The notes under the pieces: model-generated | Database searches by the model: none | Seen by the model: only the letters and a program-made list of their open reading frames with translations | Told to the model about the DNA's origin: nothing | NCBI GenBank assembly: GCA_003693705.1 | Contig: RBZT01000794.1 | Location: 24,430 to 88,429 of the forward strand | DNA from: Polymyxa betae A26-41 | Lineage: Eukaryota > Protista > Endomyxa: Phytomyxea | DNA: 64,000 nucleotides | Direction: 5' to 3' | Program-made: the position numbers and the translations under genes | Part shown: piece by piece, positions 29,512 through 44,860 of the stretch | Numbering within the stretch: position 1 is the stretch's first letter | Layout of the letters: the number at the start of each line of letters is the position of its first letter

Positions 29512-30522
29512 GACCGATTTGAGTCACAGGAATCGAGGGTAGCTCATAACGCATGTATTGGACCAAACATTCTGTCTTCGTTCTGCTTCGTAACCTGTTC
29601 GCTCTTCGTTTCGTCTTATCATTTAGTCCTGTCCTCTTCCGTCTTGCTCCTGTGGTCTTCTTCTCAGTTCTCTAGTTCGCCTCCCCTTTTTGATTCTTTA
29701 GGGTCTTTTACATTCTGCTTATACTTTTGAATCTGCACAGGTTGCAGCTTGTATTTTCGAGCAGTAAACCAAATTCGTCTTCTCCACAGACCACAATGAG
29801 CCGCTGCTCTTCCAGGGAGTAAGCACCTTTGGCTCGGTCCAAATCCACAGACAGCTAGACGTTCTATATGAATTGTTTTAACGCGCTCTTTTTATCCGCA
29901 GTAAAAAATCAGTGCGAATGCGCGTCTGTGGTGAAATTGGACACCAAGATATCCCGCTTCTTTCTTTTCCGACCTCGGAGAATGAATTTCACATTGGGGG
30001 GATATCTTCACCTCTTTTACGGTATTGAATGGGTGTCACTATATCGAGGGAGAACTCTGTACGTATCTCGAAGCTATACTTCGTGATGGTTAAATCGACT
30101 TAACCGTTGACATCGAATTTTCTACTCTTCAACACGCATTTCGAGTTTGAGTTCGGGCGTAATGCATTCTGTGAACTTTCAAATGTCGCCGCAAAGCGGT
30201 AGAACTTCCGAACTTATCAGCTTTCGGGACCATAAAGCTGAGTTGAGGTCTATCAAGTCGAGGTTTAAGACTCAACCGATTCATAAAATTATAAGCGCTA
30301 TTGATACATGAACTTCGTTAACAACTCTGAACTTCAGTGCGAAATAAGGCCGCCTATATACCGCCCATTCCTTGACCATCACTGACCATAGCCGCTTCAT
30401 AATCAATAAGTGCTGCTTTTCGGGATTGAGCACACGCAGCCCCCGAGGGGAGCTTTTTCGAAGAAATATTCCGTGGACGGGCTCTTGCGGGTCGTGCTGA
30501 TCCCTTGGCGTTGCAATCGGGT

Positions 30523-31715
30523 ATGGCGCCCGATTCTAATCTGTCCGAATCGGAGGACGATCTCAACAACGGCAACGGCCTTGGCCAGTCTGTGTCCGAT
30601 GACGAAGACACCATGATGGCAGACGAGGTCGCATCCAGTAGGAAGGCGGCCGCCGCCGTTGGCCCTGATCAGATTCTATCGTTCGTCAGACGGTTAGCTA
30701 GAGAAGGTCCAAGGCAATTGACGTCGTCGGAATCCGACCTCGCCAAAACCATCGTCGCTATTCGGAAAAAATGGCCTTCTGGTGTTCAGACCAAACAGGT
30801 TCGCTTTGCATTAAGTTCTTCCCGTCTGCTCGGTCTTCCACTGATGGTTTTGATGTGTAATTTTATGAAAACTTTTCGTGATTTTTGTATACATCCAATT
30901 TTCACGTTTGCTGAATTCTGAGGTTCATTCTTAGGCACTGTCAAGAACACGTCGAAGGGCGGCTCTAAGCGGAGCAATTCCACATGCAGCCATATTGGAA
31001 GATGCTGAAGGTAAACCAAGGAAAAGGAGGATGCCATCAAGGATGTTGCCTGATCTAGACTCGGGACCATCTGAGCTCATTTACAAAGGCAGTGTACTGG
31101 AGATTTTACCACAAAGGAAAAAAGGTCAAACTTCTGCTTTGTTGTAATTCGTGTCTTTAATGTTGCCATAGTGGACGCTCTGCTGTCATCAGTAGCTGCA
31201 TTCTTCCATCAGCCGAATAAAATCGGTGTTCCACCTGGAATGGAGCGTTACATCATGCCAGATCAGGACCGTTTGTGCTATTCAACGCTCGATGCGTTAT
31301 TGTCGCCATTACGGAAGCAATCTGTTTGGGGTGCGTGTTTGTCCATTCTAGCTCGAATGAAGTCACCGTTTAATCTCCGTCAGAAACGTGGTCGCCGATC
31401 CAGCTGGCCTTGTTTGAGGCAGGGATTTATACACTAGGGAAGAACTTTCATGAAATAGCTAAACTGGTTAGCTCGCTATGTGTGTCTGTTATGATATTCT
31501 GAACGTCGGCTTAGATTGATAATAAGACCACGGGTGATATCGTCAATCTCTATTATCATTGGAAGCAAAGCACCCACTACAACATGTGGAAATCCCTTGG
31601 CAAACCGATCGTTTCGCAAACGGCATCGTCACCGTCGCCTACAAGCAAAAGCAATTCAGGACCTGCTGCTTCTCTATCGGCTCGACAAAATGGACAAGAT
31701 GCTGCAAACTTGTGA
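30523..31715 (+). CDS. SANT/Myb-like (ELM2-SANT type) domain protein, multi-exon
   Basis: Spliced SPLRKQSVW/ETWSPIQLALFEAGIYTLGKNFHEIAKL/IDNKTTGDIVNLYYHWK. Confidence 0.78.
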
Positions 31716-31854
31716 TCTGGAGCAAATTTCACACAATCACGTAATTCTATAATTGCAATAAATGTTATACGATTTATTCCTTCGTGAAATATTCGCGTTC
31801 TTATAAATTGTATGAATCTGGGAAATCGATCTGTATTGTTCCCTGACGTCCATT

Positions 31855-33498
31855 CTAAGCGTCTCCGGAAACAGGATCCCAGAACCTATACGTGTATTTA
31901 GCTACGATCTCTTGACACTAATCAGATTACCAAAAATTGGCCGCCCATTTCTGCCCTTTGATCACCGGACAGCCTAGAGAAGCAGTTTAAATTTCGATTT
32001 CGTATTGGCCATTCGATAATTACCTCCATGCAAAGCATTATGGTCAAGATTGCCATCAGGTAACATAGTGAAGAAAAGAGCAGCTCGTCCTTTTTTCGGT
32101 GGAATTCGGAATCCTTCCGGATTGGTACAAGCATTGTCGACGAAATTATTGCCCATTCTTGGGAATACTGTGGCACCGCCCTCCTCCACGTCGCTCAAAT
32201 AGAGAAATAAAGTGGCGTAGCGATTCTTTCCTTCCTGAACGGCCTTGTATGTGGGATAGTCGGCAGGTTTGAAGTAATCATCCTAAAGCACAGGTGACGT
32301 TAGAATCATCTGACTCAGAGAATCCGTGTAAATTTACGTGTGGTTGATCTGAGACAGCGGTTAATATTTCCATCAACTTTACGAGGCAAAGATACACTTA
32401 CATTCCTGAGTCTCTTGGTACAGAAGAACCTGCAACGATTCCGAATGCTTCTTCCAGGAATCTACATGAAAGTCGACATTGAGAAAGCTAAATCCTCTTC
32501 GGAACACATCTGGTCAAGATTTAAGCGTCATCAAGCTCGGTTTTGGATGGTGTTTCACTTTCGACAATTTTCGATTTTTCAGCGCCCATCCACATATTCG
32601 TCGAAGTGCGCGCAACAATATATTCGCCTGTCATTTTGACTCCCGATCTGCAAATGATGGATGTTCAGCACTTGATGAACGCTGATAGGTGAGATATCAA
32701 CCTTTTCATTTCTCCCGACTCTTGGGCTTCTTTGATTATGAAATCGCACTCATCGGCACTCAAAAAATCATCAATTACAAAGATTTTCGGTGTAATAGCA
32801 AGGGTTTTCATCTTGAGTGTTAACTTAGAATCATCCGCAGCTATGCCATCTTGAGCTGTGTAGTGCCCCGGACTGACGACACGTTCAATTTCGTGGCCAA
32901 TTTCAACAGGATCAGCCACCCATTTAACCATTCGGTGACGTGGATGCACATTGATCCAGCTGAAACCGTGCTCCTAACGTATGTTAGCTTTCCAAGCGAA
33001 AGATGATAACTAAAGTACCTTCATATAATCCTCGTGAAAGCTACTCTCGAATCTCGAGTAAACTTCGGTGACTTTTTCGTCTTCCACCACGAAAGACATC
33101 ACATATTCTTGAGTGGAGGCAATTCTCCAGACCCAAACATGCCCAACGAAGCTGTTGAACTGCTGTGAAGCTCCAGGCTCTATCGTGCCCATCTTGATTT
33201 CTTCGTTATCATGATTGGCCCAAAAGATGTCTAAAGTAACATCATGACGATTGAAGAAGTCAAGCTTCACAGAAATGAATTCAGTTGGAGCAGATGGAAC
33301 TTCAGGTCGATCAGCCATTGGCGATGCTGTAGTCGGGTTTGCCTTGTCATCTTTGACGAAAGTTGGCAGGATAAAGACAGCAACGACGCTGAGTAAAGCA
33401 ACAACAATCGCTGCCTTGACACCAACGGTGCCTACACGCTTCTTTGCCGCTGGCGGCGCTGACGTCGACGACTGCTTAGGTTTAGAATCGGCCGTCAT
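31855..33498 (-). CDS. Type II membrane prolyl 4-hydroxylase with a VHL-beta-like domain
   Basis: TM helix; FFNRHDVTLDIFW..NSFVGHVW; PKIFVIDDFLSADECD; RYATLFLYLSDVEEGGATVFP; PKKGRAALF; LHGGCPVIKGQKWAANFW. Confidence 0.88.
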
Positions 33499-34060
33499 GT
33501 TAACCAACAATATCTCGAGATTTGATATTGACGATCGAAACCGATCCTGAAATCTCACTCTCCGGATCGTTCCAAGAAGTTATCTTATTATCTAACCAGT
33601 GGTCGCATGGACAGCAACGTGCAACGAGGGCAGATTGCAACACGCCTGTGACTTCAGGCAGTCCATATGGCTATGTCCGGCATATCCATAACGAAGCCAA
33701 TCTTCCATATCGCGATAATCTTCCATCCTTTGATAGCCATCATTCCAACGATGCCGCCAATGATCGCCGACCAGGCAGCAGGCGACACCCCCCAGCATTG
33801 GCTGTTTTAACATCAACACCAAATAACAGAATGGAAGAAGTGTGAAAAAGACAGTATGGAGTGAAACGCAGTAGGCGGCCACGCAGGAGGCCAGTGACGG
33901 TGCCTCCCACACGGATGTCCAGTCGCGATGTTCTCCATAATCGGACAGATAATGACCGGTTTTGCGTTACAATCCTGCCTGTGACGTCTATATCCCCGGG
34001 CCATAGTACACGCTGACAATCGATATCATTAAGCGACCCATCGTGCCCCCGCTCCCTGCC

Positions 34061-35988
34061 ATGGCGCCGGCCAGGTATGAGCGCCTTCGTGAACAGGCTG
34101 CCGATGACCAAGACGATTGCCGATCAGAGACCACAGTGGAAAGCGTCGGAAGCGAAAGAATACTGAACGACCCGCCTGACCGGCATGATATCTGGAACCA
34201 GGTCGAATAGTGTCGCTGTAATGGTTTCGAGCTGATTGGATACAGCCATGGTGGTTGTTTCTGCTGATGGTGTTGCTGTTCTTGGGCCTGGTCGCAGCTA
34301 GTATCGGTGTGCATGCTGCTGTATGCTCGTCGAAACCGATTGTTACCGATCCCATCACCGATGCAGCTTTCACCAAGCTTTTGATTCGCGAACAGCTCAG
34401 CACCATGTATATAGGGCGAGGAGCCAACACGACCATGTGTTCAATTCCAAGGCTATCTGTTGATGGAATTGGGCCATCATGGAGCCTGACCTCAGAAACG
34501 GTTTCCATGAGCAATCTCAACTTCGTGCTTGGGGATCGGATTTTGCTCTCGGTCTCGAATGCACTCCAGGCTCTGGTTGATTTCGGGGTGCAGTCGACGC
34601 TTGGCATCGAGCAGAGTGTAGCACCGGGGAGAATTCGTCTCATTGATGTTCCCCAAGCAGACATTTTTCTCGCTCAGTTGAGCGCCGGTACGACGACAGT
34701 CGAATCGCAACGTGGATTCCAACGAGGCCGTGGTCTGTCGATTCCAATGTAAGGGCGGTTGTCGCAATTCTAGCTATCAGATTGTGATTGTTGGTAGGAT
34801 TGTTGGAGGCAATCTTCCTGATATCACCAGCGATTATAATACGGATCTTATCGGGGCCATCGATACAGCGAAAAACGTCGTCTTCATGCTCCAAGACGCA
34901 TGCTTACGCGCTCGGCACGGAAATGAAACCCGAAACTCTTGTGGAGACTGCCTGGAGAACAACAACTTATCGGTGCTAAGGTAGCCTCAGCTTGAATTTC
35001 AGTAATGATAAGCTTATGGTTGTAGCGAGATGACAGAAGTCGAGTATGGCGTGATTGCTTCAAACAATCACTTTGAACATCATATGCACTCGCTATTGGT
35101 GGAGCCCGGCATTCCTGTTCGTCTCAGAGTTTACAACTCGGCATCTGGAACAAACTTCTTTCTGAATATCACCAGCGATGATGTATTTGTCGAATCGAAA
35201 CTTATCGCCATCGATGGGCATTGGATTGCCCCTATCGATGTGAACACGTTAACTGAGCGGTTATGGGTTGGTGTCGGGCAGCGTATGGATATTCTTGTTT
35301 TCGTTCCGAACAGACGGTGGACACGTATTCTTATCCTAGCCGTTGAGGAAGGAAGGGAATTTGGACGTCAGACTGGTAAATGACAGCCAACTCTGATTTC
35401 GGTTGTTGAGTGCCTTATCCAGGAATGTCATTACAAACGGATATGTCGATGTCGAGTTCGAGGACAGTTAAGGATCCACCGCGGTTAGGGGAGTCGGCTT
35501 TATACAAAAGCTGGGGAACTGAACTAGTGGCCCGCAAACCGATTTTTGGAAACGGACTCGAAGAGTATGAAGTCGAACTTACGAATCCGGCAGAACTTAC
35601 AAATTCAGCCGCACACTCCGTTCTGACTGCTGATGTGAATGCTGTATTATACCTGGACAACCAGAATACTGTTAATGGAAGGCGTGGAACAAATACTTCT
35701 AATGCAACCTATGTCCATGTCACACTGGGCAACCAAGTTTCTATCACATTCGTTAGCAATGCTACTGAAGCGTTGCCGATGCGTGTTTATGGCCATTCAT
35801 TCACGATATCTAGGTTGAATGGCAAAGTAGTTGAATCAGGGATCGAAAGGGATACTGTTCTTATCCCGCCCAAGAACAATGTAACAATATCCTTTACAGC
35901 CCTCAATCCAGGCTCGTTTCCTATCGCCTGCATGAACGAGTTCCGACGTGCGAAAGGAATGGTTGCCTATCTTGAATATGTTATTTAA
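34061..35988 (+). CDS. Membrane-anchored three-domain multicopper oxidase-like protein lacking copper ligands
   Basis: VRLRVYNSAS, LIAIDGH, GVGQRMDILV, RDTVLIPP, NPGSF; HPxHxHGH appears as LPMRVYGH and HCHxxxH..GM as ACMNEFRRAKGM. Confidence 0.8.
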
Positions 35989-36047
35989 TATGTGACAGAA
36001 TGATTAATGCTAGTCTAAGGATAATAAAAATACATTATATTGACAGA

Positions 36048-37527
36048 CTAGGTCCTAGTAGGTGAGGACCTTACAGGTGGCTGCCGAGCATGGACACCCA
36101 ACCAATAGTAGATCTTAGTTAACGTCGTAAACCAAGACTCACCGGATTTTACATCCATATCTACATCCAAATTAGCGATATGCGATATCAATGATATATT
36201 CTCACAATGGTGTTCATCGTCAGTGGGCCTCGATTGCCACTGAGACGCGTGCCTTGCGCCAATAGCGGGTGGTGGCGGTTGCGGATGGGCGGGGTTCGGT
36301 GTAGATGCATGCGACATTGCTGATTGCTGAGCAGATTGCTTTACCGAGGCGGATCGAGGCGGTAAAGGCGACATGGGCGATTTCGGGCCATTTTGTCGGG
36401 ATCCAACTGAGCTTGGCGAAAGCGGTTCTTGTTGAGACGATACAGCACTTCGCACAGCATCAGAGGTCACTGCAGAAATTCCACCTAGCGGATCGAATAT
36501 CGAAGCTAGTTGGTCTGCGGACGAATTTTGGCTTAGTGACCATGTCCGGAAGAGAGCATCAAAAGCGTCATTTCTTGAGGGAAATTGTTCAAAGAAGAAC
36601 TAATTTCAGGACGATTAGAACGTTGGAAAATGCAAAACATTCCATTACTTTTGTGTCTCGCATTGTGCTGACAACAACTCCTTCTGAAAGACCATAATCT
36701 TCAGCTGTTAGATCAATAATCTCTGATAGCGGAATCCCAATCTAATCGAACACTTGAAAATGCCATCGTTTATAATTGGAATTCTGCATACCTTTACTGG
36801 CTTTCTTAATGCACTGCTTTCTTCAGCAAACGATAAATGCCGATTAGATATGAAAATTGTTCCAGCGTGCCTTTTCTTTATCTTTCTAGCTTGAAATGAA
36901 GAAAGGGACTCCCATAACATACATTTCGTCACTAAACTGATATTCAGACAACCATCACAACTGTAGAAGCAATTCCAAACCATGAAGCAGCTTCTCATCA
37001 AATGGAAAAGTATTGAACTGCTTCTTAAATTCCATAATATCATCGGCAGATGCCGGAGGCAATCTTATTGGTGCATCCAGCGGATCGATGTTGAAAGGTG
37101 GCCGGAACACCTCGCCCGTATCGAGATTGCGAACCACGAACTGGTCGCTTATCGACATGAAGGGCCGTTGCGGCGACCGTCGAGGGAACAGCGTCGGCCC
37201 GGGTCTGTCCTATAAAATGGATCTGTCGAAGCGCTGAAGGAAGAGGTCGGACGAGTTCAAGACTCTAACTGCTTGTAAAGTAAAGCAGGACCTTAAAGGA
37301 AGTTGAAAACAGTATTGCTACGCAGTATATAAAGTATCATCATGGGCTATGTCGTCCATTGACAGCATGGCTGTGACGTGTGCAACGTTGGGAGAAGTTC
37401 TAGATGCAGATGCATCTGGGCTTTCAAATTCGGGTGAAGGATCCATGTGAACGCAGGTCGTTGATGTTGGAAACTGTGTTGCTGAGGAACTGGAACGGCG
37501 GTGATCTCTAATAGAAATTGAGCCCAT
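36048..37527 (-). CDS. GRAM/PH-like domain protein, multi-exon; 5' end uncertain
   Basis: FKKQFNTFPFDEKLL..SC..GTIFISNRHLSF resembles a GRAM domain; low-complexity C-terminus. Confidence 0.6.
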
Positions 37528-37662
37528 TCTGCATTAAAACGCTATCGTTGTATTTTGTTTAAATCTCTGTTTGCTTTTGAAATGTCTAGAAGGTTAATGA
37601 AAGGTTTGGAAGCAGGCAACTATCTATGATTGGATAGCATCGTTGCTTAAGGAAATACAGCA

Positions 37663-38823
37663 TTAGCTTTGGTCGTCGCACGTCTTGTCTTGACTTCGTG
37701 TCTGATCTTGCTGAGCAAAGATTCTTGCGATTCCAAGAAACAAACAAGGTGAGGTTTGCAACTCCTCTATTTCGAGCGCATAGAATTCACTCGTAATGCA
37801 ACTGATCTGAATACCATCGTCTTCGATAAGCTGCTGCAAATAACTTTCAGAACGCATTCGATAAATTAATATATATTGGCAAGATATAATTGAATAAACA
37901 TAGGGTTAGTTTCTGGTTCTGGAACGCCTTATCTCCATCGGCTTGGCCTGGGCCTGAAGTTTTTCTCCAGGAAGCTGAGGGAAACCCACCGATAAAGATG
38001 ACCTATGTCAACCATGAGCAAGCGCTGCAAGTAATATGAGGTCCTGCTGACTTATTGAAAAGCACATTGCAAACGGATGCTATTACAGAAAACAGACATC
38101 CATAATGAAATGCGATACCCGAACCAGTAAATATCCAGACAAGAGACATCACGATCGGAGAAAGAATCCCTATTGTCGTTGCCATTTGCTGTACTACAAT
38201 TTTGTTGCTATTGCCCATCAAAACAGAGAGAAGAACCAGACCTATTGTTGATGATGGTCATCAGCACGACCAAAGTTTGCAAATCAATTAACCTTGTGTC
38301 AAAATTATGCCAAAAATGGCACACAGTATCACAAAAACGCCCGAATCAACGGCTCCGATGTAATATGCTATCAGAGTCGCTGACATGGCCACAGAAGGGA
38401 ATAGTGGAATGGCCAAGGCTTTATCAGCAAAGCCTGTCTCTGACTGCGATAATGCCATGATAGAATATACTGTTAGAGTGGCATTCACCCCAAAAATGGA
38501 AAGATGGGCGGCTTTGGGATCGGATAGAAGATTGAGCAGGAAGGAAACCGGCCAGACGAATAGAAACAGAAACCAGAGCTTGATGATGAGAATCAAGAAC
38601 TGGGACAGAGCCGTCATGGACAGGGAGTCCTACGACTCGCAATGACCCTTATGGGAGCTTCCGATACCACCGCACCCGGGTACCAGTAGTATCAATATAA
38701 AAGAAGCCGGTCGCAAACAACGATCTCCAAGGATTTATTTGTACTGATAAATCTCAGCAGATTCGTCATTGGTCAACAGCTGGCTTTTTGCACAAACAAT
38801 CACCTTCGCTATTATTTTTCATT
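37663..38823 (-). CDS. Hypothetical multi-pass membrane protein, multi-exon
   Basis: Several hydrophobic helices in ORFs 38288-38617 and 38003-38221 separated by short introns. Confidence 0.5.
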
Positions 38824-39259
38824 TTGCCCACTTATATATCTATAAACAAAAAGGGCTTTCTAAAACCTCATTTTGAAAGATATCGTTTATTCTCAATTCT
38901 GTAATATCGAAGGACGCAAGCGCGAGCTGCGGAATAAGGCGAACTGCGAAAAAGGTAAAAAACACAGGAGTTTGTATGGTTTTGACTGAATCATTCTTTC
39001 ACTTTTGCTGACATCAGCCAACGATGAGGATCAATATCCACAGCGTCCTCGATTGAAGAGATCTTAATGGTGACCAACGGCCGACAGGGATCTCCCGATC
39101 GCCGACTTGTATAGGCCGCGTCGGCCGCTGTAGATTGTCGAATCGAGTGGCGCTGGTTGGTTCTGGGCGACTGAGAGGAGGGCTGCGCAGTGGAAGGTCT
39201 GTGTACCGGAAAACCCTGATCCCATAGTCGATTAGATGAGCCACTGTGACTGGCTGTAA

Positions 39260-40766
<1,507 letters not shown>

Positions 40767-40907
40767 TTGGTTTCCGATGCAGAGTGTTTTGTTTTCGACA
40801 AGTATTTTCTCTGTAGTTTGATTCAGTAAACGTTCCGAGCCTATTATTATAAATTCAGGTTGCGCACCACCGTAGTTCTTTCAACTTAGATAACTTTATT
40901 ATTACAT

Positions 40908-42479
40908 TCATTTCTTAAGTTGATCGACAATTGTTGACTGCTCTGGGATTTGGTATCCGATATCGCCCTTTACGACGACGGTTGCTGGTTTGCTAAGCAA
41001 CTTTTCAGCCACGGAACGAATATCCTTGACTGACAGCGAATCGATTTGAGCAGCGAGTTCTTTAGGCTCGATTCGCTTTCCGTAATTCAAAATTTGCTGT
41101 CCTAGATCTTCGAAGAGAACATGTCGGTTTTCCAGATTCATGTATAACGACGACTTCAGCTGGTTTTTAGCTCGTGAGACCTCTTCGTCAGTCAAGTTAG
41201 CAGGCATCGCTTTCGCTTGTTCCACCAAGACTTTGGCGAGCTCTCCAGCATCCTCTGGATCAGAGAAACCGTGAATCGAGAGCAACGTCGTATCAGCGTG
41301 AAGCGAAGGCAAACACTGAGCGGAATGGACCCACGCGTTGCCAGTTAGTACTCGCTGATAAAGCCTGGAATACATTCCCTGTGAAAACAGTAAACGAGGG
41401 CTTCATTAACAAGGACAAGCCGTACCTTTCCAGGGCCACCAGCCGAAAAAGAGCCACCGCCTCCCATAAGCATTGCGAGAGCACAAGCAGGGACAACGTC
41501 CTTGTTCTGCCAGCCACCGCAAGCAAATCCCAGCCCGAAATGAGCAAAACCATCGGAAGAAGGTGCATTGTTGCGATATTCAGCACCGACATATGGCGAG
41601 ATTCCAGGGTTAGCGGCAGAACCTTGCGCTTTGAAGCCACCTAAGCATTCCTCGGCCTGTTTCGCTAATTGCTCGTGATCAATTCCAGCGCCAACAACAA
41701 CGATAGACTCTGGGCGGAAAGTAGCATCATGAAACTCCTTGAGTTCAGCGGCAGAATTTAGCGCTTTGGCTTGATCTTCAGTCCAAGCATGAATTGGCAA
41801 GCCAAGGCCTTTCCCAGCGAAAGCAGCATTATGAAGAGCATCCTCCATTAACAAAGTGGCGTTTTGAGACAAAACTTCTGAAACTTGATGGCGATAAGAT
41901 TCCACGCGATGAGAAACTTCACCAACGTCAAAGGAACCGTTTTTAACGATATCGGTGATAATCTCTATCGCTGCATTGAGATCGGATGGCATAATATCAG
42001 CTCTGATGATAATATTATCTCTGTTCGCTTCTGCAGAGAATTGCCCACCGAGCTCTTCAAGGCCTCGCATTGAAGAGGCTTCAGATCGAGTGGCGCTCGA
42101 CTGAAGTGCTAAGCTGGCTAGAATGTGAGGCATTCCCGGTTTTGGAGCATGCCTGGATCCGCCAGCAAACATAATGCCGACGCTCGCTCCAGGTAAAATC
42201 GAATTTGTTGAAATAACGCGAACCCCATTGCTAAGTTTGGTAACTTTAGCTTCAGAAACTATTGGAGTTGTTTCGCCCTTCGCTTTTGCTATTGGGAAAC
42301 CCAATGACATCGGTTCATCTAGCGGAATCTGCTTGGTTTTACTCCGACCTAAACACATGCATTTTATCGTCTGAAATCGTCTGCAGCACCATTGCAATCT
42401 GACCTGCCACCAAGCCGAACAGAGATCGCACCTGAGGAGTAATGGTGTCGAGACGCCGACGGACAGTGAATCGCATCAT
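40908..42479 (-). CDS. PMPCA: Mitochondrial processing peptidase alpha subunit
   Basis: KVTKLSNGVRV, glycine loop [37 protein letters not shown]. Confidence 0.93.
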
Positions 42480-43046
42480 GCTGAGACGATAGTGGTGCTA
42501 AGACAGCAAAAGGGAACCCTTTGAAAGCGGAAAGCTCAAACGTCGAACCCCACGACCCCCAAAATTTGAAAACCTGGATCTGTTACGCACAAAATTCACA
42601 TAAGCTGCTTGCCTGCTATCTCAAGATTCCAAATGGTCTGATAAAGCTACCGTAGCTGGATTACCAGCAGCGTAATTCAGTTTCGTTTATTACTGAACCT
42701 TTAATAGGTTTCCTGAGATTATCAAAAAACTGCTTTGCGTGTTGTTTAGATTCGCACAAAGCTTCCGACATTCCCATATTCTTTGATTTTATCATGCTAT
42801 AAAGAACCTTGCCATGCGTTTTTTCACTCTGGAAACAGAATCAATGCCGAGTATGGTCAATACGAGTATTCTGGATAGATAGGTAGCCAATCACGGCAGA
42901 CCAGATATACTTGTCTCTGTGACTTTGACGTTCATACGCTTCCACCGTAATCATTGGCTGGTCTCGTGGTAGCCAAGTACAGATAGGCGCATCATTTCGT
43001 TAACTAAGGAGCAGGTCGCGACCGACGACGATCCCGTCCAGCCAGC

Positions 43047-44815
43047 ATGGATCGACTCTCCGCCTGGACCCAGTCGCTGGGTCTGAATCGGGAAGGGCTG
43101 TCGTCGGCCATGACTTTCGTTAAGAACGTCGCCTTACTAAACGTCGCCGGCGATTTAGAAAGTCTGGGCGACGATCTCGTGAAGATCACCGACAATATTT
43201 ACTGTAATCTCTGGGCCGATTCCAGTTGTACAATCTCCTAACGTCTGCGCTTCAGCCATGGGATGTCCTAATCCCGATGATTCCGTTGTTTCAGCCGAGA
43301 GTGTATCATTGTCTGCAATGTCGGCCCGTCTGCGATCCAGTTTTCCATCGAAGTTTATGATCTGGAACCTATCGGATCGTAATTACGATTACTCAAAGTT
43401 TGATGATCAAGTGATAGAATTTAAGCTGCCAGGGCTAGCGAATTTTAAGTCTTGCTCGTTCTGCATTCACTGACTTTTTTGTCTTTCTCAGGTATACTAC
43501 CCCTCCTTTGGACAAGATCTTTGCTATCTGTCGATCTATTGATGGATGGCTACAAGCGGATCCTAAGAATGTAGCAGTAATCCACTGCATTACTGGGAGG
43601 TAGGTACATGGCGTCTGGAGACGCTTCAGTTAACAATGTATATAGGGGGAGAACTACCGTGACAATTGCTTGTTATTTGACCTGGATTGGGACATTTTCG
43701 TCAACAAAGGAAGCGGTCGAATATGTTCTTTCCGTTCAGAACGCAGGACTTCAACATCTGATCCCCTCTCAAGAGCGGTCTGTTGATATCAATGATGCTG
43801 CCTGCTTTGATAACTGATTTATCATCATAGGTACTTGAACTATTTTGATAAAATCCTTTCGGGCGATTATCCTGGGACTGCTCCTTTACATTTGGAGCGA
43901 ATCATCATTAATACGCTTCCGGTCGTTGAAGCAGATGGATCTTGTAGACCGTGAGTATATATAAAGAAAAGCCTTAAGACCTGATTCATGTCTGCAGATA
44001 TATACAAATTTTTAAATACGGAAAATTGATCAAGTCAACAGCAAGCAAAGTTGCAGACATTACGAGCTATAAACCAAGGGATTCGGTGGCATTCTCGATT
44101 GGTATCGATATTGAAGGCGATATCTTAGTTCGGTTAAGACATTTTACCAAGGAGGGTGCCCGAATTTCTCTATTGAGATTTGTAAGTTCCTATCGTTCCC
44201 AAATTTGGCTTTTGTATGAAGAAACTGCTACTATAGACTTTCCATACCGGTTATGTCAAAGATTACAGCCTCAGATGCGCTAAGACAGATCTTGATGGAG
44301 CATACAAAGATGACAGATTTTCGCCCGAATTTCATATCGATTTAGTATTCTCTGAGGCGAAGAATGTGACAGCAAAGCCGGCCTTAAGCCCAGACTTTTT
44401 CAGCCAAATCTCCCAAAGACATGTTTGCTCAATGGAAATGCTTGGCTTCAGCCAACCTTATATATTGGTTCTTAGGTGACAACACCAGATGCACGAGGTG
44501 CCGTTAGACAAGGAAAAAGCGATGTGGTCAATGATGAGAAGAACGCCCAGGTAGAGTCAATGTTCCGGCCATATGTGGGATGACTAAAAAGTCTTTCAGA
44601 TTGAGTTTTCTAATGACGTCGATGCTTTGATATCAGATCTCGGTATTGAAGGAGATCTTGATAATCTCGATGACGACACTGACCAATTGTTGGCTCAACT
44701 CCAAGAAGAAATCCAAGGGGAAAACACAACGGCTGACAATCGACATGATGCCAGTGAAAGGTCCAAAGAATCAATATTGGATGCTGAAATTAGCGAACTT
44801 TTAGCAACCTCTTAA
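43047..44815 (+). CDS. PTEN/tensin-type phosphatase plus C2 domain protein, many exons
   Basis: FMIWNLS, NYDYSKFDDQV, WLQADPKNVAVIHCITGR/GRT, IPSQERYLNYF, C2 (CRPYIQIF, EGDILVR, FHTGYV), acidic tail. Confidence 0.87.
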
Positions 44816-44860
44816 TATATATATAGTATACAGATTTCAGAACATTTGTATAAATGGGGC

